64,000 nt of DNA from Chrysomallon squamiferum (GCA_012295275.1 CM022671.1:13516001-13580000); one strand, 5' to 3'; positions 1 to 14,457 are shown, numbered from the stretch's first letter. Notes: generated from the sequence alone by a model not told the origin. A program made the numbers and translations.

Positions 1-13
1 TGCATAAGCTGGG

Positions 14-2263
14 ATGATCATCAAGCAGCTTTTCTCAGTCTCCATTCTGGTGAGATTTAGACAACTGAGTGCAGTCTGCTGCTCAGTTCAGGAAAATATA
101 TGGAGCTTTAAACAACTTTGTTCTAGTTCTCAAGGTATTACAAACTTCAGATTTATTTATTCTTAATCATAAAAGTAGACTGCATGATTCTTTTCAAAAA
201 GAAGGTTTTAATTCTAAATGATTTTGAAAACAAATACTTATCATAATCAATTAATACAATTTTTGTTTTTAAATTGTTATTTAGATCAACTGGATGATGA
301 TTTTCTAAATGATTCAAAACAAAACCAGTTTTTACATGAGATTTGTAGCATCCCTAACAATGGTCATCAAGTGTTTGTCATTCAGCCACATATGTTTACT
401 TGTTAAGTATAATTTGTATGGTAATCAAAGCAACGTTTAACCACTTTCTAGTATCCAGTTCAAGTTATTTACAGAAATTAACATTTGATATGAAATATTT
501 AGTCTTAAACTTTTTGAAGTTTCCCATAAAAATATTAGTGCATTATCTGGTTTGGAATCTTTTGTAATGTAGGTGACATTTTGCAACCAATAAAAATATT
601 TATAATCGTAAATCGGTTGTTGTTGTTGTTGTTGATGCCATTACAATTCATGATACAGCATTCAATAATTTGAAATATGATTGAACACTGTTATGATATA
701 GTAAATAATGTTTTGGGATAATTTTTTAAACAGTAAACTAGCAAGTCATCAGCCAGCTATTGTGTGAATCTGAAATCATGGCAGTAGACTTTGTCACCAA
801 ACTCTATCGAAATTATCAGTGAGATGATTCAAAAGCACATTTTTCATGTCCTGCATATGAAAATGTTTTCCTAAATTTCTGTGGTACATATATAGAAGAA
901 CATACATAAATATAAGAACTGGTGCTCTTTAATAATTTAGTATTTATTACTTTAGACTGTGGTGCCACTGAAGCTGCCAGTTACAAGTCAAATATTTTCA
1001 CCATTGACTTTTTCAAAACTAACAGAACAAATCACAGCTACTCCCAGTATTAGTGCAGTTCTGATTGGTGTTGATCAACTAAAATCTGATCAGTTTCTCA
1101 AACTACAGCAGGTGTGGGCTGTGCCTGTATTTGACAGGTTGGATGACAATCTTTACATATTTAACTTTTTAATAATAGTAATAATAATAATAATAATAAT
1201 AATAGTAATCATAAATAAGTAAATTTTACTTGTCATTATTATTATTTTTTTTTTACACTATTCAGTTATCCCCAAAGACCCAAAGACCAGCTGTTTGCAA
1301 CACTTGATGTTACAGCCCATGCAGGCAGATTACCCAATAAGATGACAGCTGTTTTCATTGACACAGTTGGATTTATTTCTGACATTCTGCTGGATTTGAT
1401 CAATGCTTTTGCTGCTACTCTAGAAGATACTGTTCTTGCTGTAAGGAACTAAATAGAACTAACACACATTTTTCATCTCATATCTACTTCTCTCTAAGAC
1501 AGGGCCTATAAATGTGTTGGACAAACAATAACTTAAAAATATCCATTTTTAGGTAAGAACTTTAAAAATCCAAGCAAATCCAACTTTATAAAAGGATATG
1601 ACTGCTAATTCCCCAGTTATGTTTAAAAACAAATGAAAATGATTTGTTTTATGCCAGAAGTAACATTTATTGATGTTAGCAATTATTATAAATATTTTGA
1701 GGAATTCATATTCAACTAGTTAAAATGAAAATTACATGCATTATCACATTAAAATATATTTTACATTAATATCTTTACACCAGTTTATCCAAATAATTTA
1801 ATTTGAAGGCATGATTTAATCTATGTAGTTGTTTTTGCTACTTGCTTATTCTCTTCTTGCATCAGGATGCTATTGTACATGTATGAGACATAAGCCATCC
1901 AGACCCAGAAGCTCAGCATGATAATGTTATTGGGACGTTAAGGATGATGCTATCATCAGCTCAGATGTCAAATATTATAAGTCTACAATAAAGTTGATTT
2001 AATACCATGGTATGCTACTGATTTGAAAATAAAATTACTAATGACAGAGACATGTACAAGAGTTTCATTTGATATATTGTTCAACACATTTTAAATTGCA
2101 GCACTGATGAAGCCATCAATGTAAAAAAGAAAGCCTTTTTGGTCTCAGCTAGAACAGGGAAAGGCTTAGCAGAACTGCAGAATAAGATTCAAGATGACCT
2201 CATAGCATCAACTGGTCAGTTGGATAAAACCTTCTGCATTCCAATGGATGGTGAACACCTTAG
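14..2263 (+). pseudogene. GTPBP6: GTPBP6 (HflX-like mitochondrial GTPase) unprocessed pseudogene or partial copy
   Basis: Exon-like blocks at 14-134, 285-~389 (GHQVFVIQP), 956-1137 (...VWAVPVFDR), 1266-1440 (PKDQLFATLDVTAHAG...DTVGFIS), 1866-2009 (VHV*DISHP...VYNKVDL) and 2102-2263 (LVSARTGKGL) match HflX/GTPBP6 G2-G5 motifs. Lesions: in-frame TGA at 1884-1886, frameshift at ~1980, probable donor mutated to ATATGT at 390. No G1/P-loop exons and no terminal exon were found. Confidence 0.88.
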
Positions 2264-2439
2264 GTAAACATATATTATGTATTCATAAACATTTCATTTG
2301 AATTGTTTTGTTGTTTTAGCTGTAGTTATTATTTCAATGAGAGATGAAATGTTCATATTGGAAGGAAAAATAATAAAAGAAATTGTTAAGATCCGAATGC
2401 AAGATGTATGTTGGACACATTTTCTAAGTAGTGAACTCA

Positions 2440-2951
2440 GACAGAAGTAAATGTTTTTAGCACTGACTGGACTACAGAATTAAGTGTTTTTAGCACTGAC
2501 TGGATTACAGAAGTGTTTTTAGCACTGACTGGACTACAGAAGTAAATGTTTTTAGCACTGACTGGACTACAGGAAATGTTTAGCACTGACTGGACTACAG
2601 AAGTAAATGTTTTTAGCACTGACTGGACTACAGAAGTAAGTGTTTTTAGCACTGACTGGACTACAGAAGTGTTTTTAGTACTACTGGACTACAGAAGTAA
2701 GTGTTTTTAGTACTATTGAACTACAGAAGTAACTGTTTTTAGCTCTGACTGGACTACAGAATACAGAAATAAGTGTTTTTAGCACTGACTGGACTACAGA
2801 AGTGTTTTTATACTACTGGACTACACAAGTAAATGATTTTAGCACTGACTGGACTACAGAAGTAAATGATTTTAGCACTGGCTGGACTACAGAAGTAAAT
2901 GATTTTAGCACTGACTGGACTACAGAAGTAAGTTTTTTAACACTGACTGGA
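2440..2951. repeat. Minisatellite, ~16 copies of a 27-33 bp unit (AGAAGTAAATGTTTTTAGCACTGACTGGACTAC)
   Basis: Head-to-tail copies read directly from the sequence, with no unique spacers. Explains ORF 2437..2652. Confidence 0.97.
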
Positions 2952-3039
2952 TAGACTGTTTGTAAACAATTGATGAACAAATGTTCTGAAATGTAACCTC
3001 AGTATGTTTCTGTATTAATGGTTTTGGTATAGTGATGGT

Positions 3040-3657
3040 ATCGAGGAGAAAAATACTGTTTTCTCAAAGGAGGGTAAACGTACAACTGATGAACCATTGC
3101 AGCAGATCTCCCAGGAATGGGAAATGAGCTGGTTTTAGTTTTAAAAGAAAAATTAAATTTAAAACATACACATTTTTTTTCAATATTCGCGATCGTTTGT
3201 TTCTTAATTAATTATTTATTAATTCGTTAATTTATTCAGATAATTTGTATCTGACAAAGTAAAACTGCATATGCATATGTGTTCGCATGCTAGTCACATA
3301 AAACGAAATGGCAGACGAAATGGCATAATTTCAGCAATGCATTTCAATTTAAATATGCATCTGCATAAAGTTAAAAAAAAATTAAAAATAAGAGAAAGCA
3401 CGAAAACTGTCTAATTCTTGTAAACAATTATTATCAAACGTTTTGTTTGATAAGCAATTGGATTTATAATTCATGGTTAAAAACTGTTATTATTATTGTT
3501 ATTATTATTATTTTTTATTTTATTTTATTTTATTGTTTTACCTCCCTTATAAAAGATGTTGAAAAGGGCAACGATGCAGGTGTTCATTGCCAAGTACTTC
3601 CGTGATGTGCTAGTAGTTTCGTTTTGTTGGTTTTTACATATTGGTTAGCTTGTCGTA
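3040..3657 (+). promoter_or_regulatory. Putative MTMR14 promoter / 5' region
   Basis: CpG is retained locally in otherwise CpG-poor DNA. A duplicated ACGAAATGGCA (YY1-like) motif lies at ~3303-3324, upstream of the ATG at 3658. Confidence 0.45.
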
Positions 3658-6600
3658 ATGAGTGAAAGTAGCGGCGGTTCCGTCTTTGGGAAAGATGTAC
3701 GCGATCTTTTGGAACATTTTTCTAAAACCACACATAAAGTTAAGGGAGGTGACTTGAAGGTATACACCATTTTAACGTTAACATAAAAATTATAATTTGG
3801 CAGAATATAAAATTCATTGTCACGAGTGTATTACACTTTTACAGATTTGTCAGTTATTACAAACTGAATGTGTGTTGAAATATTCCTATTTACTTTTCAC
3901 AATTTTATTTTTTAAACCATGTAATGTTTACATCGTCTTAATGTATTATGTAATTTTACCTACGTTTGTGAAATCATACTGATACAGGGATTGTAAAGTT
4001 AACAACATTAACAAAACTTGTCCACGGTGTTCTTGCTGATTTACACGCGAGAGTGAGACTGACTTTTATCACAATGGTGAAATAAATACAAATTTAATTG
4101 AGATATTTATTTATGTTTATTAAATTGTTTTAAATAAAACATTTTCATATTATATGGTTTTTTAAAGCGGATCATAATTAAATGCATTTTATACAAAGAA
4201 TATATATATAACTGTATTAAGATCTTACTTTATTTTGCATATGAATTAATATTGTAATTTAAACAATGGTAATACTAATAATGTTAACTGTTATAATTAT
4301 CCAGGGTGATATTATAATGGAAACATGCCAAATGTTGATTGCAAAGGATTATAAATATTCAGTAAGTATACATTCTGAATTATTCATTTGTAAGGTTAAA
4401 AATTTCTAAAACAAAATAGCACATTTTCACATTATTATTCTTAGTAATAATTATAAATTTTAGATTTGTGCCAGATCAGTGGGTATTTTAGTGTTTTTAA
4501 TGCTCCAGGATGGAATGGGGGAAAGCTCACTGAAATGTATTAAACATCTACAAATCATGTATCTTTACATATATACCTCTTTGTACATGAAAAATTTGCT
4601 TCATGTTCAACTCTTTAATCCCCGCATCCCATGGAAATAGTTACCCTATATCCTGAGCTCTCAGAGCCAACAACCAAATCTGCAACATCCATTTGATGTC
4701 TCTACAAGCTGATTGGCTGAATATTTAATGAGTATGACATTGTTTTTAAAAATGTCCATGATGGTAAAAATGATACTTGTGTGGTTGTAATTAATTTGTT
4801 TAATGTCAGGTTTTAATGCCAATGTCTTGTTTTCAGGTTTTGACAAATTTCAATGGTGAACTATGTGCCCATTATCCGGGTAAAATCATTCTAATGGAGT
4901 ATGAAGTACATGATGGACACCAGAATTATGAAAAGTGAAACATTTATGGTTTTTTTCATTCCTATAATAATTACAATAATATATTTTTATTAAAATATAT
5001 TTTTAAAAACTTCAAAATGTGTATGTAAGTATGTGTGTGCTTGTATTTATTATATATATATTTGTGTGACAATTGAATAATCTCTCAGTATTTAAATCAT
5101 TAAAGTATTAACAAATATGTTTATTATTACCTCATGTATTGCTTACTGTCAGTAAACATTTAAATTTTAAACTTTTCACAATTTTCAGAAGTAAGGTATG
5201 CATATATGTTTAAACATGAAATCAGTTTTATTACAAAAGAAAAGGAAATGATAGTTTTCATAATAATAATCTTAGCAGAAGTACTCGATATATATATTAT
5301 TTTGTTTATTACTGTTAGTATTTTAATTTGGCAGCCCTTATTTTATTAAAAGTTATATATATATTTAATCCTGTCATATGGTATTATTTTGTTTTTGGTT
5401 TAGAACAGTTTCACATATCATGTTTTATATTTATTTATACAGTTTTGACTAATGTTTTGATTATTTCTTTATGTGTAGTGTGGAGAGTATCTATGACATG
5501 ACTAAACTGCGTGATCTGTGCAAACAGGCGAGATTTGCTCGATGTCGATCACGTTTTGTAGTTCCTGTTATTTTATTTGCTGGGAAGGTAATAGTAATGA
5601 TACCTAGATTATTTTTTGTTATAAAAATACAACAGAAAGAAAATCTAACTGTTGTAGAGTTATTTTATATTAGATTTTGTCCATTTCTTATTTATTATAT
5701 ATATATAAATTTGTTCATTAATATGATTATTTAACATTTTATCATAAAGGATATTCATTTTATAAAAAATTTCATCATTTAACTAATTTGCAATTTTTAT
5801 ATTTTCAAATTTAATTCAATTTTAAATTATTATTTGGATTTAAAAGTTTTTAGAAAAACAGTTTTGTTATTCTTTATAGATATGAGAATTTCTTTTTTTA
5901 GAAACCTTGGTCATATTAATTTCAGAATATTCGGTTTTTAGCTTTTATATAGTTTTTACTTTAAACATTAAATAGTTCAATTTATTTTTATTTTCTAGCA
6001 TATATGTCGTTCTGCAACATTGGCCAGTGGAGCTGAAATGTATAGTCGATCTGGTTTTGACTTCTTCTTTTCTGGTTAGTATAGAAAATATTTGTAGTGG
6101 TGAGAATAAACAATATATTTAGTGTACTTGAAAATATTTGTTTGCTTTTGTTCTGATTGTTGTTATATGACCATAATATGTGGCAACAACATAGTAGCTA
6201 CAAGGAATTTACGTTAAAATGTAAAATGCATTTATCAGTAATTTTATCAGAAATGTTTTTATACTGTGCAGATATATTTAGCTTTTGAATGCCAAACACA
6301 TGTGCCCCACACATAAAAAAAAAAAAGAGTTAAAAAACCTGAAAATACAAAGAAACCCAACAAAAAAAAAAAAAAAAAAGGGACACTGCTTTAAAAAGAG
6401 AAAAATCTGTAATTTTATGTGTTGCTCTTCAGAAAATATCTTCTGTTGTTAGACAGTATTGTTAAATATTAATGTATATTTTATGTCTGATATTTTGTTT
6501 GTCCAGAACACTATAATAACTAACCCATATTTTCACCATAACTTACTGCCATAATTTTAAAATAATGTGTTTGTAATTTCAGGAGGTGAGAGTATTCCTA

Positions 6601-9600
6601 ATGGCAGCATGTCTGCTGAAGCAGATTCAGGGTAAGATTTAAAATTAAAAAATAAAATTAATTTTGATTAAGTTTGTATCTAGTCAGTGTATGTAATGTG
6701 TGCATGGATGAATAAATGTAATGTAATGTCCATGAAATAGTTTTTTCAATAATAATTTTCATGGATTGAAATACCATTTTTTCATCATTATTTTGTTTTC
6801 CTATACTGAAACACTTTTTCAATATTTTATTTTAATATGTCATCTTTTTCATACAAGAAATTTATTTTTAATTTTAAATGAGATATTTTCATCGTTTAAA
6901 TCATTTTCTTTGTTTGTATAAATCTGTTATAATGCTGTTGTTTTATATCCATGTAGGAATAAGAAGGATTGAAGAATGTGTTGAGTATAATCCTAGTTAA
7001 TTTTTTTATCAACAGCAACACCAATATATTTTGTTGTAACCAGATCTCCTGCCTGCCATGACAGAATATTATATAAAAACTGGGCATTTTGTTATCTTTA
7101 TATTGTTTAAGAAGAGTTGAAATTACTTTGGATGTTGTGTGTTACAGAGACTGGCAGCTGTTTGATCGGTATCGTGGACAGGATAAGAAATTGTTGAAAT
7201 GTCTCAAAGTTGGTTACATATGTGATCTGATGGTGGAGAAGAAGAAGGTCAAGTTTGGAATGAAGTGAGTTACATTTGTATAATCTCTTAATAAATGATA
7301 TAAATTATTAATCTGTTATTCATTGTTTAATTGACATGTTTTGCATTAATACTGGAAGTAGACAAATATTAAGACAAAAAAACTACTGAATAATGACTTT
7401 TTAAATAAAACTTGGCATTTTCCAGATATCTCAAATTACAATTATTGTTATATTTTGTTTTCCTGGGAACTAATAATCTATTTTATATTTTTGGAAACAA
7501 GTGAAGACACAAAAATCACATTTTAAGATATTTTTAAGCTGTTGTTGCAGTTATATTTAATACAGATTTTAATTATTACTCTCAGTCAATCTTATCTGCA
7601 GATTTGGCATCTGCAGTTTTCACCAGCAACAGAATAAAAAAATATATTTTTTTAAATCTGGAATATTCTTGAAACATATTCTTATAGTGACATACAATAT
7701 ACTAGAATATGGTATTAATATGAGTTCATGGACTTTAGCAGTTCGTACCTTTACATAAGTATCCTGAACATAGCTGGTTTTCAGATATCCACAGAGGGTC
7801 CTAGAATGACATAGTTGTTGACAAGGTGAGCTGATTGTTTGCAACACTGCACTGCTTATTAAAATCAAGCACACTGGTTTAGACTACAAAGTAATATTTT
7901 ATTAATTTCAGCATCACCTCATCGGAAAAAGTAGACAAGGAAAACCGATATGAAGATTTCACAATTCTGTGTGCACCATATCCCGGTTTGTACATGTTAA
8001 AATATACAAATAAATTAAACACAACAGTAATAATTTAATTTCAAATATATATATATAAATATATATTTATGTATCTGTGAGTGTGTATGTATGTGTCTAT
8101 GTGTGTGTGCATGTGTGTGCAATTTTCGGCATTTAAAAAAATTAAATACTTAATAAATATATTTAACTAGTGAGGCAAAACTAGCTATGTTAATCCATGA
8201 ATGACACAGCTATAGACTTGAATGGTTTTCAATTCTTGCAGGTTGTGAATTTTTCAAAGAATGGAAAAACAAAGCAAATTCAGGTGAAGCCATGTGGTAT
8301 GACTGGAATCAGGTATGTTGTCATTTGGTCCAGACTGAGTATGTTTTAATGTAATTACCACAGTATTTTACAACTTCTGGGTTTATTTCTGTTGATAAAA
8401 TATGTTACAATAAGAATTGATTGAGAATAGATTAGTTTAGAATTGGATTCATTATTTTTAAATTGTTTGCCTGAATCATAGAAAAGACATACTATATCAT
8501 TATATTAAAAATATAATGAACAGTGAGCAAAACAAAATAAAACACAACTAAATATAATAAGAATGTTAAAGTTCTAATCTTTTATTTATTTTGCTGTGAA
8601 CTTGATAGTTGGTGTTCTGATAAATAATGAAGTGAGAAATTAAATAGGATGTTTGAATCAGAATAAGAACTTATTATACTTCTTAAAGTATAATGTTTTT
8701 AATAGTAATAACTATTTAAAATAGTACTAACAGTAGTGTTGATGATAATAATACTGAGTTACAAACACATAATAAATTGTCATTAATAGGATTTTAATGA
8801 TGCTCTATTAGACATTCCTACAACACCACTCTTAGCTCAAGTTTCAGTAGACTGGAACCGTTACAAGGTAAAACAGTATTCTGTCATAATATACTTACCT
8901 AAACTAAAATATGCTTGCATGAATACATACACCCATTTTATTTAAAATAGATAGAGTATCTGAGCTTAAGAAAATAGTTATTTAAAACTCTATCATTAGG
9001 TTTAATATTTATTTAATATATATATATCTATGTAAACATGAATTTTTTATTTGTGATTTATATAACTAACTGAGCTTCCTGTACATTTTTATCATCATTT
9101 CTTAAGTCTGAATAATACCATGCTAATTTTTTTCTGACAGTTTTTAAAAATAAAAATCAGATAAGTTTTACTGACATCAGTGGCTTTTCTGAAATAAATT
9201 AAGTTTAATATTTTGAATGTAAACTGTCTGCATTCTAATATATAAAATTTGCTACATGTTTTGTATTTTAGGAATGGGATTTAATCCAACTTACAGCAAA
9301 CTACTTGAAACTTTTATTACGTATCATACAAGAAGGTATGAATTTAATTCTTATCTTAAATATGTTTATTATTGTCATCATCATAATAATTACCATAGCA
9401 GTTATTTTCATTATTTTCATTTTATTATAATTATTTATATATTTTTCCATTTCCAACATCATGCGTTTTCAATCTATATTATAGAACAGTATTTTACCCC
9501 TACTTGAATAATCTATCTTTTGTTTATTATTTTCTTAATATATGATTTATTATTGTTGTTTTTCATGAAAGTACAAAATAAAGAAATAAAAGAATACTTT

Positions 9601-12600
9601 AAGTTAAACATACAAGCCAACAAATAAAAATGATTTTAATTGTACTGTGTTTCAGGTGACTCAGGGTTGTTGGTTCATTGTATCTCTGGCTGGGACCGCA
9701 CACCCCTCTTCATATCACTTATACGACTATCTTTGTGGGCTGATGGTGTTATACATAGGACTCTGTCACCTTCAGAAATTCTCTACCTCACTCTAGGCTA
9801 TGACTGGTATCTGTTTGGGTAAGTGTTCAAGATTCTAAACCATTATAATGCATTAAACTGTAAAGATGAAGTGCATTTCATTACAAAAAGGAAATTTTAG
9901 GGTCACATGATTATGCACCCTCCCTGGAGCAGAAACATATGATGTTTATGGCTTTCCCTTGACCATTTCTGTACTTTATCTTGTTACTTCTAAATTTGAT
10001 TACTTCATTGTTTTTAAGAAAATGTAAATTGATTATAATAATAATTAAAATATGTTAAAGTACTTTTACTGAGGTGTATTCTGAACTTGTGTTTGTCAAA
10101 TTTATTTTTGCAGAATAAAAAACAATTCATTATACTTAAATAGAATAGTTAAATGACTGATACAAGTAAACTTTATTGTACATCAATAGAAATAGTCTAA
10201 ATAGCTTAAGTCTCAGTAACTACTCACATGAGCTAATGAGATTCATTAATAAAAATTACTGTGCTATTTTTATCATCTGAATTTTATTTCAGACACAGCT
10301 TAGCAGACCGAGTCAGTAAGGGTGAAGAGGTGTGCAATTATCTTTATTATTAAATACATGTGATTTAATTACCAAGATGTAGCAAGAGAATTACTGGTTT
10401 CATAAAGAGAAACACGAATTTTACTTTCCTAATGTGAAAATTTGAAACATCTTGTAGTTTATCCTTTAGACTCACAGAACTCTTTAGAACTTAGCCAAAT
10501 GTTGCAGTTTGATGCTAACATCACAGGAATGTGTAATATGTGATACTATGGTTTCCACAAATAGGACCACAAATAAACTATATGACTATGGATTCAAGTG
10601 ATGGTTATAAATAAATCAGTTTTCTTTTCTCTAATCCAATTACAAAATCATATTTGTCATCTAACAGCCTTTATTGTAAAGATTTATAAATGTCTGCTAT
10701 GATATACATTTGTTATATTTTTCCTTTATTTCAGATCATGTACTTCTGTTTCAGTTTCTTAAATCACATAATGACAGATGAATTTTCAGTGAAGAAGACA
10801 AAAAAGTTAAAAACCTTCATTTTTAAAAATCCATTAATTGTTTATTTTACTGCAAAATGTATGTAGTCTTTAGTAGGAATACATTTTATATTTTATTTTT
10901 TGTTTGAAATAACAGATATTTATAATATTGAAATTCTATCATTATTTAAAACCAAAACAATTTTGTTTCAGTAATTTTAGAAGTTTTATTCACATAGAAT
11001 TATTTTCTGTTAAAATAACTGACGGCAAATTGTTAAATTTTAATGTGTTCAAAGAAATGTCAGTAAGTTTCAGCTAATAGTAAACAAGCTTTAAAAACAG
11101 ATTTTTATTGTTTTGTGTCATATTTTAGAAAAATCTCATTACATTTTTTATAGGCACTCAAATACAGTGGTACCTCGAAAAATGAGTATGTCCAGCTTAC
11201 AAGTTTTCCAAGTTATGAGCAGTCCCTGGTCGATTTTTTGCTTTGAGTTGTAAGCCAAAATCTGAGGTGTACATGTAGTCAACATGCCTCGGCAGTATGA
11301 GTGTAGTACTTTTACGATATGTACCATACCGAAGCAGAAGGAGTCAATAAAGGCTATAACTCCAGCCAAAGGAGTTAAAATAATGTATAAGCTGCAGACC
11401 TCTGTTCATGAAAAGATGGAGGAACCCTAACCCAGTACACTACAAAACCAATTTATTTTTTTACATTCTCTTTTATTTTGTTTTTTATACATTTGTCATT
11501 TATACATACATTTTTCTTATTTAAAAACACATTACAAAAAATTGGGTTTTTTTGTGGGGTTGGAACGGATTACTGGTATTTCATTTAATTTCATTTGGGA
11601 ACATTTATTTGATGTACGAGCAAACTGAGTTATGAGCTTGGTCATAGAATGAATTAAACTCGTAAGTCAAGGTACCACTGTATATTACAGTTAGTATTAT
11701 TGTTTTGGTTTGTGTTGTCGAAATATGTATTTAAATACTTTCTTATATCATAACTAAAATATATTGTTTTGTTATGTGTTGTAGAAAAAATTCTTATTAA
11801 ATTCATGAACATTTATTATTAAATATATATTTTTTAATTTCTAGACTTAGAACTCACTGTTGCTATTTGTGCATTATAATGTAGACAATTAAAACCCATC
11901 AGTGCATTTGTTCAAATTACAGAAAGATTACCACTGGTAGTTGTCCCTTGTGTTACAATACGTCTCAACACTGTAGAACAACTCACAGTGTAGATTCAGA
12001 ATCCAGTATTCCAGCTGATGGAGTCCTGTCAGGTTTGTTTCATACACAGATTTGTGGTAGTTGACACTGTACTCAGTGATTAACATGTTTGAATTTCATT
12101 TGAATGTGTTATTTTTATTATTTAATTATATATCAGTAATTTTCATATCACTGTCTGCCACATAATAGCTGATGTGGTTTTTGTGCTGAGGTGTCATTCA
12201 TTCGTTCATTCTCTGTATTTAAAATACAGGCTTTTGTCATAATAAATAAAGCATCAGTCTATCAGACCTGCCAGTGCCACATAGTTGGTTTATCTCATGC
12301 TGTGGTATGTGCATTTTTAATCTGTTAAATAGCAGAAGTCAAAACATATTAATTTATGAACAATATATAAATCAATATCATGATTTAATTTATTTATATA
12401 CCTTTTTTGTCCTTTTTGTTCTCAGCTATTAACATCTCACAGCCAAATCACAAGGGCAGCAACAGCAGCATCAATAGCAGCAGCAGTTCAGAGATGGGAC
12501 CAATATTTTTTGTGTCTGGTGATGAGTTTATTGTGCAAGAGTGAGTATTCTGTGCATGGTAAATTCTCTTACTTAAAGTATTAATATATTTATACATAAT

Positions 12601-14457
12601 GTATAATAAGCATATGATTTCTTTCATTATGTTATTTAAGTCCAGGCCAGGCATTCTTGAACCTAAGAACATTTAAATTATGGATCTTTGTTTTATTGCA
12701 GTAATCCTTGTTATAAACCATCCAACTCTTTGTCAAAAGAAAGGCCTAGTCCAATATCCCACGAGTGTGTGATGCAGACAAAAGATTCTCCAAGCTTACA
12801 GTCATGGGACCGAGCTGTTCAAGGGCAAAGTCTATCAGGCACTGAGTCAAGGACTAATCCAAACCATTCACTGTGTTCATCCAGTCCTGTGTCTGTTCCT
12901 CAGATCAGTCGATATAAAGACATTGCTAAGTCAAATTCTTCTGGTGTAGGCAGGTATGTTACTGTAAGACACTGGTTACATCAATTTGCTTTGTGAGCAT
13001 GCATTTGCTTCATTTTGGTATTATTAAAAAATTCATCAGTGTTCCTTATTCTGCTGTATTTTTAAGAATTATTTTTAAGAATTAATTTTAGCTGCTTTTT
13101 ATTAAGTTAATGTACTGATATTTATTTTTGGCTGTATTTAATAATAACGAGCTTTTCAAAAACATTTTTTGAGTTTTTCAAATATAAATTTCTTAATAAA
13201 AATTAATTCATTAACTTCTGTTCTGTGTATAAGGTGACAAATACTGGTAAAATACAAGAAACAGAAGAAAAGAAAATTTCATGTTAAAACAAATGTAAAA
13301 TTAAATTTTATTTCTTATAATAAATAATGCAAGAAAATGTTTGGTAATTTTAATATTTTTTTTTAATCTGTATTTTATTTTGTTGATTTCACTGCATTCA
13401 CATTTTCAATATTTTATAAACAAACACTTTAATATGCAGCATAATTTCACATTTCACTGACAAGTACACATCCTTTAAAGAAAAGAAACACAGGCACGCA
13501 CACACTCACAATATATATAAAAAATACAAAAAGTTGAATTCCCTCATGAATGTAAATAAAAATAACAGAATGTTTTTCTAACTGTAGCAAAAAAAAAAAA
13601 AAAAAGAAAGAAGAAGGAAAATAAAGGAAGTAAAAGAAGACAAAAATGAGATTATTTAACATTTGTTTGCCTTGATAAACTTAAAAAAAAAATTACATTA
13701 TGCTTAAAAGCAGTTATTTTATTTTTATGTGTATTGCTTTAGCTGGCAGATCATTTCAAGTAGTGGCAGTCTGCGAGCTTTAGCTTCTTCTAATGATTCT
13801 CCACATTCAGACTCACTGAAATCCAGTAACTCAAGTCATGTCAGTTTTAGTTCGTAAGTTTCATTTTCCCATTACCGAATAACTGAATTGATATTACATT
13901 AAAATACATACACTTCTGTGAAATACTGTTTGACAAAGGCTGGAACAATAAAGGTTTTGCTGTTATACAAGAGTGCTGTTTTATTAATGTCACTTGTATT
14001 TATGTTGCATTTTAAATAGTAAAAGCAGCTCTCTTTTTTGTTCACTTTCATATGTTTTATCAATAATGAAGGAAATTTCTAAAAAGAGAAGACGTATTAT
14101 TATTATCATCTTTCTATCTCTTAGTACAGCTACTTTGGACAGACACACATCTTGCTGAATATATAAATTGTTATTCACTTGCTTTTTTCCTTACAGCTGT
14201 TTTTGGTTTATTTGTTTGTTGTTTGTTTAACCTTTAATTTTTTTTCCATTTTGTTCAGGTGTAGTGAAGTAACTCAGACTTGTGAACACACCTCACAGAG
14301 GATGCAGAAGCTGGAGTCTGTGTCTCACATATTCCACACTGCTTACTCGGAGTCGGCTGTCAGCCACGGAACACCCGAGGCCCGAGGACTCTCATCTCTT
14401 CTTGACCAGTTTGCAGAGAAAGTCGGAATAAAGAAATCAAGTAGTACAGTTGTTTAG
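3658..14457 (+). CDS. MTMR14: Myotubularin-related protein 14 (Jumpy), PI3P/PI(3,5)P2 3-phosphatase; 19 coding exons
   Basis: Phase-consistent GT-AG exons: 3658-3759, 4305-4361, 4837-4934, 5479-5587, 5999-6074, 6583-6631, 7148-7264, 7912-7985, 8242-8312, 8790-8867, 9272-9335, 9656-9818, 10293-10329, 10735-10805, 11923-12032, 12426-12540, 12702-12953, 13743-13853, 14259-14457. Family motifs ARCRSRFVVPVI, HICRSATL, CDLMVEKKKVKFGM, PYPGCEFF and the catalytic CX5R motif VHCISGWDRTPLF are present. Confidence 0.96.
11165..11680 (+). mobile_element. Non-autonomous Tigger/pogo DNA transposon derivative (MTMR14 intron)
   Basis: Termini CAGTGGTACCTCG...CAAGGTACCACTG with a TA target duplication on both sides. 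The internal fragment encodes a degenerate transposase N-terminus (...KQKESIKAITPAKGVKI...). Same family as 34305-35060. Confidence 0.9.

Noticed and set aside
390-395. AT-starting intron as U12-type AT-AC intron
   Set aside because: ATATGT lacks the ATATCCTT consensus. A mutated GTATGT donor is more likely.
1884-1886. In-frame TGA as selenocysteine in GTPBP6
   Set aside because: It aligns to Arg rather than Cys and co-occurs with a frameshift and missing exons.
2440-2951. CRISPR-like array of ~33-bp repeats
   Set aside because: No unique spacers and no cas genes; eukaryotic context. It is a minisatellite.
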